41,702 nucleotides of DNA from Octopus bimaculoides (GCF_001194135.2 NC_068981.1:118168624-118210325); one strand, 5' to 3'. Counted from the stretch's first letter, positions 1 through 12,996 are shown. Notes: generated by a model from the sequence alone, not told the origin. Numbers and translations are program-made.

Positions 1-32
<32 letters not shown>

Positions 33-759
33 TTATTTATATTAAGGGCATTACTACATATAAATGCCTCACGCTATTAGTGACTCTTAAAGTCAAAACT
101 ACCATAATAAATGCACAGTGTACCGAACGCGAGGGAATGCAACCTTTGAAGCCATGCCTTATACCATGTACCTTGTGTTTCAATATTTCGGGAATTAGAT
201 GCCCTTTTTCAGGAATTGTTTGGCAAACCGTCCACTCGTGTTATTCCCTATAACACGCATTGTTCTTGTTTTATGCACATACAGACACACACACATACAT
301 ATACACACATATATGTGCTTGTACAAATAGAATAGAATCCAAACGTGTGTGTGTGTGTGTGTCTGTCTGTCTGTGTGTGTGTGCAATTTTATTTTATTTT
401 ATTTTCAATCGTTAAAAGTTACAAAGTGACGCAAGACGCTTCGTAAGTTTCTTGCGTTGTACTCACCAAGTTTGATAAGTGGCGTCCACGAAACTGTTTG
501 CCTTTGAGTCACTTAGTAAGTTCTACCGATTAAAGATAATATGTGTGTGTACGTGTGTGTGCATAAGTGCTTGTATACAACATTTGCTTATCGAATTTGT
601 TAGTATTAAGTATCAGTCTGTACATACACACGCACATCTACACACATAAACATATATGTACGTACAGGTATATACGTGTCTGTATGCATGTGTGTATATA
701 TGTGTGTGCGCGCGTATATATGTATATAGAGAGATGCACAGATAGATAGATAGACAGAC

Positions 760-804
<45 letters not shown>

Positions 805-1006
805 NNNNNNNNNNNNNNNNNNNNNNNNNNNNNNNNNNNNNNNNNNNNNNNNNNNNNNNNNNNNNNNNNNNNNNNNNNNNNNNNNNNNNNNNNNNNNNNN
901 NNNNNNNNNNNNNNNNNNNNNNNNNNNNNNNNNNNNNNNNNNNNNNNNNNNNNNNNNNNNNNNNNNNNNNNNNNNNNNNNNNNNNNNNNNNNNNNNNNNN
1001 GATAGA

Positions 1007-1054
<48 letters not shown>

Positions 1055-1724
1055 TAGATAGATAGATAGATGTGTATGTATATGCATTGAAATAACTGTC
1101 TCTCTGCACTTTTTCCCATTAACTCCTTCCTAACCGTTTACGACTTCCTCTATTTCCCTCTTATTATTCGTCTTATCTTTTACTCTTTCAAAATCCTCCT
1201 ATATCATATAACAGCTCACAAGAGCAGTTTAATATCTTACAGACTTGCTCCTGTTGACTTATTTTCACCTAATTACCAGCGTTTCTTTTTTTTTTCTTCT
1301 TATTTATTTTTGCATTCATTTATTTATTTAGAGAAACCGTTTATCATTGGTTTCTTATTCGTCGTTAAAAGTTGTTCTTACTCTGAGAATTTAAACTTTG
1401 AGCGGCGGCCCACAGCAAGCAACCTCACTTTTATTCAGGTTTTTTCTCTTTCTTCTACACACGTCGGCGAACTTTCGCATCTGTGAACAGAAAACGAGGA
1501 AAAAAATAAAATAAAAAAGACTCCAACTTCCTAAAACGGTTTTTATTAACAAGTTGAAAGTTGAGAAGAGGAAAAACATATTCAGGATAAATATATCTTT
1601 TATATATATACACATATTTATACATATGCGTGAGTGTCTTTTACGTTCAGTTATCGACAATCCGATGCAAGTTGAACTTTTTGCCGCTTTTGTAGTGTAG
1701 ACTGAAGTTTGACCCAGCGGCCTT

Positions 1725-1787
<63 letters not shown>
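1725..1787. repeat. (TAC)n microsatellite
   Basis: Direct reading. Confidence 0.95.
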
Positions 1788-2147
1788 GACTACAGCTGCT
1801 GCTTCTGACGAAGTATCTGGGATAAAGAATTATGATTCGTAGCGAGTTAAGTAAGATAAGATATACGTAATCACCGCTGTGACGACACGCTCTTAATTTC
1901 GCCACTGGACAATAACTACAACAGCAATACTGACCACTACCACGGCTATCAGTCCCCGTTGAGACACGTTTATTTATCACGGAAGGTGAATTGTGGAAAC
2001 CTGCTGCGCACCTGTAAAAAGTTATTCAAGTGAAGGACAATACATATACATCTATACATTTGTTATCTATAAACATTTTACACACACACACACACTCTCT
2101 CTCTCTCCCCTCTCAGACACCCATGCACGCACACATACGTACACCGT

Positions 2148-2194
<47 letters not shown>

Positions 2195-2204
2195 NNNNNN
2201 NNNN

Positions 2205-2237
<33 letters not shown>

Positions 2238-2804
2238 ACACACACACACACACATATATATATATGTGTATGTATTCGTTCATTTACACACCGGCGCACA
2301 TGTGTACTGTTGAAAAAAGTTCATTTAGTAATTTTGTTTGATATACGTGTTTGTAAATTACGGAGGATTATTTTGAAAGAAAACAGAAAATATTATTAAA
2401 GCGGCAAGTGTAATATTATTATTATATTATACAACATAAATCTGTTGGCTGTGTCCAGACATTCCCCTTACTTAAAGCTCTTCTCATCATCATCATCATC
2501 CAGCCATTACACGCGTACACAAGTAACCGGACCCTGAAGTGCGAGACTTGCTGAGTGGTGGCTGTCGGTACACGCGCACTGTGTCTGTGTGTGCGCTCTG
2601 TGTCTGCGGCTGTGTTTGTGAGTGTTGTGCGTGCCTGTTTGAGTATTTGAGTGAGTGCAACTATTATAGTCAGCCTTTGTGCACGAGATTGTGTGTGTGT
2701 GTGTGCGCGCGTGCGTGTGTACGTGTGTGTGTGTGTGAGTGAGTTTACGGGCTTGCGCACAGGCTGCCGATTCTGAACACGTTGAGTGTGAAACAGCAGT
2801 TAGA

Positions 2805-3452
2805 ATGACAGACGGCGATACAAACAGATCATCTTCGAAACATTTGGGAAACAAACAGCGTAGGAATTTCTTTTCTCTCAAAGAACTGTCGCAGTGTTTA
2901 CAGGAAAGCATGAAATCTCAAATAGACGATGTACGGTCCACTATTTTCTGGAAAGCTTTTCTGGCTGAAATCATTGGAACTTTCTTCCTCGTGTTTTTAA
3001 TCATAGGTTCGTTGATGCACGATCCTAAGAAGGAAACAGGACCCGATCATTTGTATGTGGCCATTCTGGCCGGCTTCTTCATCGGCACCATCATTATGAC
3101 ATTTTTACATGTGAGCGGTGGACATGTGAACCCGGCCATTAGTATAGGATTTCTGGTTACACGCCACATAAGTTTGCTACGCTTCATCGCCTACCTGGCC
3201 GCTCAAATGCTCGGTTCAGTGGCTGGAGCATACATGCTGAAGGTGCTTTGTCCAGCAACCATGGTCAGCACTCTGCATACGGTCAAACCCAACGTGGATA
3301 TGTCCGACCTGCAGGCGCTAATTATGGAGTTTATCGTAACCTTTTTCCTCTTGTTTGCTGCTTTCTCAATGATTGACCACGGAAGAAAGGATGTCTCCGG
3401 ATCGATCCCACTCGGAATTGGTATAATCGTCATCATCAATATTTTGGCTTGT
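2805..3452 (+). CDS. Aquaporin (MIP family) coding exon covering TM1-TM5 and the first NPA; 3' exon(s) not found
   Basis: Translation FWKAFLAEIIGTFFLVFL...HVSGGHVNPAISIG...AAQMLGSVAGA...EFIVTFFLLFAAFSMID..RKDVSGSIPLGIGIIV matches AQP1/AQP4-like channels. NPA at 3129-3137. Canonical phase-0 donor TGT|GTAAGT at 3452/3453, close to the position of a vertebrate AQP intron. In-frame ATGs at 2805 and 2910. Confidence 0.95.
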
Positions 3453-3634
3453 GTAAGTACAACCATTTTTATTCCTAACTCCTACATTCATTCTTGTTGT
3501 TCTTCTTCTTCTTGTGCTAGTAACCCTTCTATCAAATTCTAGTAAAGTTTTTGAAATAACTACCGCGAAGCCCCATATCTCACGAGAAAGGAAAAGGGTG
3601 GATCTTTCTTCATTTCTTTCTTTCTCTCCTCATT

Positions 3635-3706
<72 letters not shown>

Positions 3707-4089
3707 TCCGGATTTTTATTTATCTATTTGTTTATACTATTCCTGAGTTTCACACGAACGGAATTAGAAAGAACCCCCGACACTCCACTTCCAATTTTTC
3801 TGTTTTACATTTTCGCCCTCACCCCTCGTTTCTCTGTATTTTTTTCTTCCCCGTGGGGTAGGAAGGGATAGCTAGCTACTCCAGAACTTCATCACATTTT
3901 TCCCCATGGCACATGGTCAAATATCCTGGCTGTTTTTGTTTTCACATTTTGCCGTACCGCCCTTCTCCAGTTCTGAGCTCTTTTTCTCCATCAAAATTGT
4001 TTTTGCCATAGCACATGGCCACTTGTTTTGGGTCAGGAGTTACAGACCACCGAACATGGGTTACACGTTGCTATTATCGATGTGTCAGA

Positions 4090-4203
4090 GGATTGCTGAA
4101 ACCATTAGAGCATTACCGAATTTAGTTACGGTCCTTTACGATCGAAGTTCTAACCCTGCCAGGGTCAAACTTGCCTTTCATCTTTGTGGGGTTCGATAAA
4201 AAA
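4090..4203 (+). mobile_element. SINE family B fragment
   Basis: GGGTCAAACTTGCCTTTCATC...GGGGTTCGATAAA. Confidence 0.55.
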
Positions 4204-4663
4204 ATGGTTTTAGTTCAAGTATTTTGTAATGCGTTCTTGATATGAATGGAACTATAATAGCGGAAGAAAGGAACCCTTAATCTAATCTAATAGCAGTAGA
4301 AAAAAAAGGGGATTCATAAGCCTGTAGCCGTGGAATTTAATATCTGCAAAAGGGAGTCATATTGGCGCCAAACATCCGCTACCCCCTAATATAATTATAA
4401 CCATAAGTTATTGTTGGAACATTGGAAAATAATCTCCTCTCTTCTCCCTTAAAAACCCGATGAATATTATTTTTCTTTGTAAGGAGAAAAGGAGGCATAA
4501 AGTGGGTTCAATCGAAGCGCTCGGTCCTTATCGATCTGGGAAAAGATGCGAGAGGAATCTGATTGTAATGTAGTTCAAGGCACAGATCTGTGGATTGGTA
4601 GCAAGGAATGTAGTGTTTCATGTGTTGAATCGTGGAATCGCTTCAGAATTGACTTGGTTCTGC

Positions 4664-4707
<44 letters not shown>

Positions 4708-5001
4708 ATCTATCTATCTATCTATTTGCGCATGCACATACACATATAGCCGCGCATACACACACGCGTATATGTTTATATATACTCCATTCACAAGTGA
4801 TTCAGCTTGTATATACATCAAGTTTCAAACTGAAGTAGGTATGTAATTAAAATGAGAAAAGTAAGGGACCAATTTTGTAATTACAATCAAATAATTATTA
4901 CAGACGAGAGAAAATAGTTTAAATTAAACCTATTATCTATGATTATTTAATAACCACGTGAGTTCACATTAATTAAATATTATTGTCATTCTTACTACTA
5001 C

Positions 5002-5055
<54 letters not shown>

Positions 5056-5279
5056 GGTGGCGGGCAGACAGAATCGTTAGCACGCCGGGCGAAATGCTTA
5101 GCGGTATTTCGTCTGTCTTTACGTCCTGGGTTCATATTCTACCGAGCTTAACTTTACCTTTAACCCTCTCAGGGTCGATAAAATAAATACTATTCATGTC
5201 CTGGGGTCGATGCAATCGACTACCCCCTCCCCTTCACTGAAATTGCTGGCCTAGAGCCTATAGAAGAAAGGGTTATGAA
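5056..5279 (+). mobile_element. SINE family B
   Basis: GGCAGAATCGTTAGCACGCCGGGCGAAATGCTTAGCGG...GGGTCGATAAA...TGGGGTCGATG; repeated several times in the window. Confidence 0.8.
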
Positions 5280-6095
5280 AAATATTTTTACTTGAAAAAT
5301 TGTAAAACTGAATTTTAATTTTTCATAAATGTAGGATTAGAATTAAAAATTCGGTACTCATTGCCAGTTTCCACGTTGTCTCCATCCACACACAGCGACA
5401 CACCTACGCAGAGAGCCACACCCATGTAGAGACACACCTCCACCCAGGTTGTGTTTATTCGTCGTTCATTGAAACACACTGTTAATCCGGGTATTTAATC
5501 TCGTTAAACTCCTTCCATGTGATAACAAAATATGTTGCTGATAGAGACAGAATGTGTGAAATTCATTGGGCTGCAGTTAACCCGTTACAGTTGACCGTCT
5601 ACGTGGCTGGTATTTTATTTTATCGACCCTTGAAGAAATGGAAAAAAAAAGATGCTACTTCGGCGGCATTTAAACTCATAATGAAAAGAACCGGCAGAAA
5701 TGCGTACGAAGCATTTTGTTCGACGCTCTAGCGATTCTCCCAACCCACCACCCTTATTGATCGTTTCTGGTTTAGGTAAAAAGCCAAAGATTTTTTAAGG
5801 GAGAGATGGTAATATATATGTTATCTACTCCGATATTTTATTTTGCCCCGAAAGGATGTAAAGAAAAGTTTGTTTTGGTGGGAATTGAACTCAGAACGCA
5901 AACAGTCGAAACAATAACCACGAGGTGTTTTTTTCTCCTTCTCCTGGAGCTCCAGCGACAGAAGTCAACCCGCCACCTTTCTTTCCTTATAAATATAAAA
6001 CCCTTTGTGTAAACATTTTGTTTACTTTCCACAACGAGGCTAAAACTGCATGTTTGTTTCAAAATGTCTGTTTTACAAACATTTTCTCTCTAAGC

Positions 6096-6132
<37 letters not shown>

Positions 6133-6534
6133 CATACACGCACGCATTTTTACAACCTGAGCACAAATTCAAATGAACACAAACTGTTAATCTAAAGCAA
6201 CGCGTTTCGACCACTTTTTAAATCTCTGGACCCGTTTGGTTCCCGTTTTACTCAGATGAAACCCCCACAGCCATTCGATGTTTTAAAAAATAATTATTAT
6301 ATTTTCATAATTAAATATTAGAAGTATAACCAATTTATACTTCTCAATTGGTTTCACAGCCAAATCTTAAATAGACCCATAAGGGTCACGCCGACCCAAT
6401 TGGGAACCACTGAATACATACATACATACATACATACATACATACGTATGTATTTATATATATGCACACACACTCGCACACACGCACGCACACACACGCA
6501 CGCACACACGCATGCACACACAAACTACGCGTGT

Positions 6535-6850
6535 GTAGGTGCGTGGTCTAGCGGTTAGGGTTGTTCGATTTATCATGGTTTCGATTCCTGAATTAGTCGA
6601 TGCGTTGGATCCTTGAGCTAGACCCTTCACTTCACCTCACTATCGTCACCTCGAGCGCAATTAATACCAACCGGCAGCTTGTGTAGCTGTCTCCTTCTCG
6701 ATGCTCCACCGAGTCGAGGCTGGGAGGGCCGAGCGAGAGAGTCTAGGATTGCTCGTGACTAGACAGGCACCTAAAACGATGGGCGAAACCATAGTACAGG
6801 CTCCCAGATCGTAATCTTTTGTGAGTGACAGCTGTGAAGGGCTTTTCCGT
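6535..6850 (+). mobile_element. tRNA-derived SINE of another family
   Basis: A-box-like GTGGTCTAGCGG, B-box-like GTTTCGATTCC, GC-rich body unlike the flanks. Confidence 0.5.
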
Positions 6851-6892
6851 GCTTTAAATAATTTTTGTGCTCCAAAATAAACGAGCATGTTT

Positions 6893-7216
6893 GTGTGTTA
6901 AGAAGATTGCTTCTTGACCCCGTGGTTCCGGGTTCAATCCCACTGAGTGGAGCCTTGGGCAAGTGCTTTCTACTATAGCCCCGGGCCGACCAAGGCCTTG
7001 CCAGTGCTGGGGAGAACAACATAGATACACAAACACACACACACACATATATATACGACGGGCTTCTTTCAGTTTCTGCCTACCAAATCCACTCACAAGG
7101 CTTTGGTCGGCCCGAGGTTATAGTAGAAAGCACTTGCCCACGGTGTCACCCAGTGGGTCTGAACCCGGAACCATGTGGTTGGTAAGCAAGCTACTTACCA
7201 CACAGCCACTCCTGTG
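6893..7216. mobile_element. Two partial SINE family A copies in inverted (tail-to-tail) orientation
   Basis: 6893-7010 is + strand and about 7012-7216 is - strand; both contain CTACTATA(G/A)CC...GGGCCGACCAA. Confidence 0.8.
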
Positions 7217-7304
7217 GCATCATTAAACTGGACCCGGCATAATAGAATAGCGGCTTTTACATGACTATTCAAAACGGTTCCTGTAAACGAAATTATTGGA
7301 TGTG

Positions 7305-7399
<95 letters not shown>

Positions 7400-8108
7400 G
7401 TGTGTGTATGTATATATATGTGTGTGTGTATATATAGGCGCAGGAGTAGACTCTCTCCAGACACAACAAAACATGCTTCAACACACGAGTTCACATTTAG
7501 AATCTTGCAAACCAAATACAAAAACGAAATTAATCTATCTATCTATCTATAAATATGTNNNNNNNNNNNNNNNNNNNNNNNNNNNNNNNNNNNNNNNNNN
7601 NNNNNNNNNNNNNNNNNNNNNNNNNNNNNNNNNNNNNNNNNNNNNNNNNNNNNNNNNNNNNNNNNNNNNNNNNNNNNNNNNNNNNNNNNNNNNNNNNNNN
7701 NNNNNNNNNNNNNNNNNNNNNNNNNNNNNNNNNNNNNNNNNNNNNNNNNNNNNNNNNNNNNNNNNNNNNNNNNNNNNNNNNNNNNNNNNNNNNNNNNNNN
7801 NNNNNNNNNNNNNNNNNNNNNNNNNNNNNNNNNNNNNNNNNNNNNNNNNNNNNNNNNNNNNNNNNNNNNNNNNNNNNNNNNNNNNNNNNNNNNNNNNNNN
7901 NNNNNNNNNCGATAATAGAAATATGAGTCTGGAGGTATGCCACACCCGTTCAAAACGGTTTATATTAAATTACTTGCTTATTTATTTTTGTTCGTTTTTT
8001 TTCATGGTTAAATCCCAAACTGAGTTAGGCACGCTGTCGCTAACATCCCACTTTCGTCAATTAACTGAAATGAGAGAGAGAGACAGAGAGAGAGACAGAG
8101 AGAGAGAC

Positions 8109-8141
<33 letters not shown>

Positions 8142-8378
8142 AGGGGAGGAGGGAGAGATGTGTATATCGATTGATAATTATCTCTTAATTTTGGCTACGT
8201 TGACGTTGTGATCTTAACGCAGTTCCCAATGAGGTCTGTCAGAAAGGAAGTGGGATCAGTTGGCACATTTGTTCGTGGCCCGAGAGCCAACGAGAAACTA
8301 GTGGATATCTGATGCATCGAGCTATCAAAAAAATATTTCGAAAAGAAAGAGAGAAAGAAAGAACCCTCATAAGCCATT

Positions 8379-8745
8379 TGCATTTTGTTTCAGAGCCCCT
8401 TCCCTCTACTGGAACCCAGTAACACCCTCAAAACTTCATTGTATTTTCTGAGCCCTGTTTCTCTATTGGAGTCTAATAGCGCCCTTGCAATTCCTTTACA
8501 ATTTGTGAGAATACCCCCTCTGCCCTAGTGCAACAGCACCCTCGCAACCCCCTTACATTTTGTTAGAATTACCTCCTTTCTATTAGAGTCCAAATCACCC
8601 TTTACATTTTGTGAGAGCCCCTCTCCCTCAACCCGGGTCCAAACACATCCTCGCAGTCCCCGTACATTTTCTGAGAACCACCTCCCTATACACTGACTTG
8701 AAATCACATCCAATCTCGTTCCCTCTTCCTCCTCCATTTTGTACC
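8379..8745. repeat. Degenerate minisatellite, about 7 units of 49-70 bp
   Basis: (C/T)A(T/A)TTT(G/C)T anchor at 8381, 8442, 8499, 8556, 8605, 8665 and 8735, usually followed by GAGA..CCCC. Confidence 0.7.
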
Positions 8746-9238
8746 CCATGGCATCTGTTTCCAGGCCCCGCACTTAACACTAACTAGACTTAATCCTTCT
8801 TTCTCCCTCTCATTCCTTTGGAATTCCGTTTATCCCCCACCGCATTCTAGTACTTTACCAATAATCCGTTAGTAATAGTGAAGGGCGAGGATGGGTACCA
8901 CAATAAACCACAATATGGTACGATAATATTGCACATTAGCTACCTGTAATGCACAACTGAAGCCGCGTATTACAAAACGTGGCAACATTATTTTTCAGAC
9001 GTTGGTCTTTGATAAAACTGACCTGTTGAGAAAAACACGTGTGATATTCAGCCTCGTTTTGAAATATGTTGACTTGTGTGAGTGTCTGTCATCTCTCTTT
9101 CTTTCTCTCCCTCTTTCACTTTCTATCTGTACTCTCTCTCCGTGCGCGCGTATGTATGTATGTATGTATGTATGTATGTATGTATGTATGTATGTATGTA
9201 TGTATGTACGTATGTACGTATGTACGTATATATATGTA

Positions 9239-9274
<36 letters not shown>

Positions 9275-9476
9275 TGTATGTATGTATGTACGTATAATTC
9301 TATAACTTGTTATTATTCCAAACAAGTGGAGGAATACGAGAAATAAAGTTGAAAATGCTCAGAGAACGCTTCACAGGTCAAGTGTATTCCTATTTTAAAA
9401 TATAATTAAATTCTAATTAATTCTAATATATTCAGTGTGCATTTTCAATATATATATATGTGCACACACACATATA

Positions 9477-9850
9477 GGCGCAAGGGTGACTTACCAAGCA
9501 CAAGGTTTCGGGTTCAGTCCCACTGCGTGACACCTTCGGCAAGTGTCTTCTACTATAACCTCAGGCCAACCAAAGCCTTTTGAGTGGATTTGGTAGACGG
9601 AAACTGAAAGAAGCCCGTCGTATGTGTGTGTTTGCATGTCTGTGTTTGTCGCTCCCCACCACCAACATCACTTGACAGCCGATGCTGGTGTGTTTACGTC
9701 CCCGTAACTTAGCGGTTCGGACAAAAGAGAACCGATAGAATAAGTACTAGGCTTACAAAGAATAAGTCCTGGGGTCGATTTGCTTGACTAACGGTGGTGC
9801 TCCAGCATGGCCACGGTCAAATGACTGAAACAAGCAAAGGAATAAAAGAA
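9477..9850 (+). mobile_element. tRNA-derived SINE family A (CORE-like CACCTTGGGCAAGTG segment)
   Basis: B box GGGTTCAGTCCC, core ACACCTTCGGCAAGTG, internal microsatellite, 3' end CAGCATGGCC...ATGACTGAAAC; multiple copies in the window. Confidence 0.85.
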
Positions 9851-10788
9851 TATATATATATATGCATTGACATGTACACTGTATGTGTGTNNNNNNNNNN
9901 NNNNNNNNNNNNNNNNNNNNNNNNNNNNNNNNNNNNNNNNNNNNNNNNNNNNNNNNNNNNNNNNNNNNNNNNNNNNNNNNNNNNNNNNNNNNNNNNNNNN
10001 NNNNNNNNNNNNNNNNNNNNNNNNNNNNNNNNNNNNNNNNNNNNNNNNNNNNNNNNNNNNNNNNNNNNNNNNNNNNNNNNNNNNNNNNNNNNNNNNNNNN
10101 NNNNNNNNNNNNNNNNNNNNNNNNNNNNNNNNNNNNNNNNNNNNNNNNNNNNNNNNNNNNNNNNNNNNNNNNNNNNNNNNNNNNNNNNNNNNNNNNNNNN
10201 NNNNNNNNNNNNNNNNNNNNNNNNNNNNNNNNNNNNNNNNNNNNNNNNNNNNNNNNNNNNNNNNNNNNNNNNNNNNNNNNNNNNNNNNNNNNNNNNNNNN
10301 NNNNNNNNNNNNNNNNNNNNNNNNNNNNNNNNNNNNNNNNNNNNNNNNNNNNNNNNNNNNNNNNNNNNNNNNNNNNNNNNNNNNNNNNNNNNNNNNNNNN
10401 NNNNNNNNNNNNNNNNNNNNNNNNNNNNNNNNNNNNNNNNNNNNNNNNNNNNNNNNNNNNNNNNNNNNNNNNNNNNNNNNNNNNNNNNNNNNNNNNNNNN
10501 NNNNNNNNNNNNNNNNNNNNNNNNNNNNNNNNNNNNNNNNNNNNNNNNNNNNNNNNNNNNNNNNNNNNNNNNNNNNNNNNNNNNNNNNNNNNNNNNNNNN
10601 NNNNNNNNNNNNNNNNNNNNNNNNNNNNNNNNNNNNNNNNNNNNNNNNNNNNNNNNNNNNNNNNNNNNNNNNNNNNNNNNNNNNNNNNNNNNNNNNNNNN
10701 NNNNNNNNNNNNNNNNNNNNNNNNNNNNNNNNNNNNNNNNNNNNNNNNNNNNNNNNNNNNNNNNNNNNNNNNAAATTTCCGTCGCTGA

Positions 10789-11165
10789 ACAAGGAGTGGT
10801 TGTGTGGTAAATAGCTTGCTTCCCAGTCCCAATGCGTGGCACCTTGGGCAAGTATCTTCTACTATAGCCTCGGGCCGACCAAAGCCTTGTGAGTGGATTT
10901 GGTAGACGAAAACTGAAAGAAGCCCGTCGTATATATATATGTATATATTTATTTGTGTGTGTTCGTGTCTGTGTTTGTCCCTCCACCACCACCATCGCTT
11001 GACAAACGATGTTGTCATGTTTGCTTCCCCGTAACTTAGCGGTTTGGCAGAAGTGACCGATAGAATAAGCACCAGGTTTAGAAAGAATAAGTCCAGAGGT
11101 CGATTCCTTCGACAAAAACGAGGTGCTCCAGCATGGCCGCAGTCAAATGACTGAAATAAGTAAAT
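10789..11165 (+). mobile_element. SINE family A copy
   Basis: Colinear with 9477-9850. Confidence 0.85.
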
Positions 11166-11349
11166 GAAAATGAAATGAAGTAAATGAAACAATCCATCGG
11201 TTTGTCCGTGAATCAGTTTTGGAGTATGTGAAAATATTCTCACCAAAAACTGAAATATGCATCGCGCTGGTGCATCGCGTTTATTTTTTACCGTTTGTTA
11301 TTCTCTAAACCCCTCCCCTAAAATTTCAGGCCTTGTGCTAATAATAGAT

Positions 11350-11560
11350 CTGGCAGAATCGTTAGCGCGCTGGACGAAATGCTTAGCGATATTTCGTCCG
11401 TCGCTACGTTCTATGTTCAAATTCCGCCGAGGTTGACCCTGTCTATTATCCTTCTTGAGGTCGATAAAATAAGTTCCATTTGAGTCGAGTGGAGTCGATA
11501 TAATCGACTTACACCCTACCCCGAAATTGTTGGCCTTGTGCCATAATTTGAAACCATTAT
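11350..11560 (+). mobile_element. SINE family B copy
   Basis: Colinear with 5056-5279; a short 3' fragment of the same family precedes it. Confidence 0.8.
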
Positions 11561-11649
11561 TATATCCTTGCTTGTCTGATATCAAGATTGTTATAATCGA
11601 CCCTGTTTGCAAACCTTAAGTAAATTTCGTTCCTGCACTAATGAACTCT

Positions 11650-11935
11650 GAGCACAGAAAATCGGCTCAAAAACCGCACGAAATATTCTGTCTAACGCTC
11701 TAAGAACTAAAATGTTTTGATACTTGATCAAAGGCAGCGGAGGCAGTTGGGGCGGGGTGTATCTTGACGTGTGCCTACAGCTTCTGAGAAAGGTAACGAC
11801 AATGGTTGATGAAAGGCGGTGTAGGATGGCCTTCTTAAAGAGGACTACAACGGTGTTTTTGAGAAGTGGAAAGCGCGCACTGGCTGATGTTGGGCGCGTT
11901 CCCAAGGTGATTATTTCAAAATACCCAAATATAGA
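11650..11935 (+). mobile_element. Decayed Tc1/mariner transposase remnant
   Basis: KSAQKPHEIF resembles the mariner N-terminal HTH. KAV*DGLLKEDYNGVFEKWKART..SQGDYF resembles the mariner C-terminus. Stops present. Confidence 0.4.
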
Positions 11936-12126
11936 TAATATATAAAAACACTATTTACCAGGGTACTGTACTGGGGTAATTTTTTGCTTACTTTTTTTTA
12001 AAACATTCGGCTGAGAACTTTTTGAGAAGTCTCTTAAGACGAGAGTCTACTTTTATTCTCTTTCGTATGTACTCTCTGTATCCGCGCGCCACGCTTTGTT
12101 TAAAAATATACATAATACTATACATG

Positions 12127-12177
<51 letters not shown>

Positions 12178-12596
12178 GTGTGTGTGTTTGAGGATGCATG
12201 TATGACGATAGCAAATGATTCGCAGATGTTAATGCTGTTTATATTTGCAGTCAGACAAATGATCCGTCAGTTCCCCATCTCACCACCTCCCACTACTTTC
12301 TTTCATCATCTGCTCTACTCTCTCTCTCTCACTCCTCCTCTGACCCCTCCCTCTCCCCCTTATTCTTTCTCTATACCCCTCTCTCCCTTTTCATCTATCC
12401 TTCCTACCCTAATTACATCCCCTTCTCTATACCTCTCCAGTCACCAAATCTCGACATTATATTCATCAGATGTCTCTTAATTGTGGCGGCAGAAAGTTTC
12501 TAGAGAATCTGATACGGTTTCGATTCCCGGCTGGAAACTAGTGTTTCCGAGCCCCTTTGCAAATGCCTCCTTCCCTTTAAATATATATATATATTT

Positions 12597-12993
12597 AAGG
12601 AAAAAGGTGAAGACTGAGAAGGTGAATGACAAGGACCTTTTTGTGTGCACAGTCTGTGACAGACAATGTCTGTCCTTGGCTGGCCTCAAATCTCACCTGC
12701 GAACCCATGGAAAACAAACCTCACCCAGCTATTCTGATTATATGTCTGTGCACACGTTTGAATGTGGTGTGTGCCAGAGGGTTTGCAAATCCAATGGGGG
12801 TCTTAAAAGACATGTTGGGATCCACAATGAGCAGAACTTACTTGCAGGTATTGGTAGTGCAAATCAGAGGTGCAATCTGTGTGGGTGTTTTTTCAAAACA
12901 CTGTCTGGTTTAAAAAGCCACATCAGACGCCATGAAAGGGCTAAGGTGTAGGTGCAGGAGGTGGTCAAACTCTGTTTAAGGAGTAGACAACCA

Positions 12994-12996
<3 letters not shown>
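12597..12996 (+). mobile_element. Probable 5'-truncated LINE 3' end (RTE-like) encoding three C2H2 zinc fingers
   Basis: CTVC...AGLKSHLRTH, CGVC...GGLKRHVGIH, CNLC...SGLKSHIRRH, stop at 12949-12951, a 45-nt trailer, then (TA)n. The left end also abuts (TA)n. There are no TGEKP linkers, and the GLKSH.R.H pattern resembles RTE-clade C-terminal fingers. Confidence 0.6.

Noticed and set aside
505-511. AP-1 site TGAGTCA upstream of the aquaporin
   Set aside because: A single 7-mer is expected by chance in a window this size; no supporting evidence.
4152-4163. NPAR in ORF 3906-4199 as the aquaporin second NPA exon
   Set aside because: It lies inside a SINE family B fragment, lacks the preceding G..MN and following SFGP context, and has no suitable acceptor.
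8379-8745. CRISPR-like array
   Set aside because: Eukaryotic context, degenerate repeats, and the intervening sequences resemble each other rather than being unique spacers.
11591-11905. Minus-strand ORF with ALDRIF resembling the nAChR pre-M4 motif
   Set aside because: No hydrophobic M4 follows, and the opposite strand is better explained as a mariner remnant.
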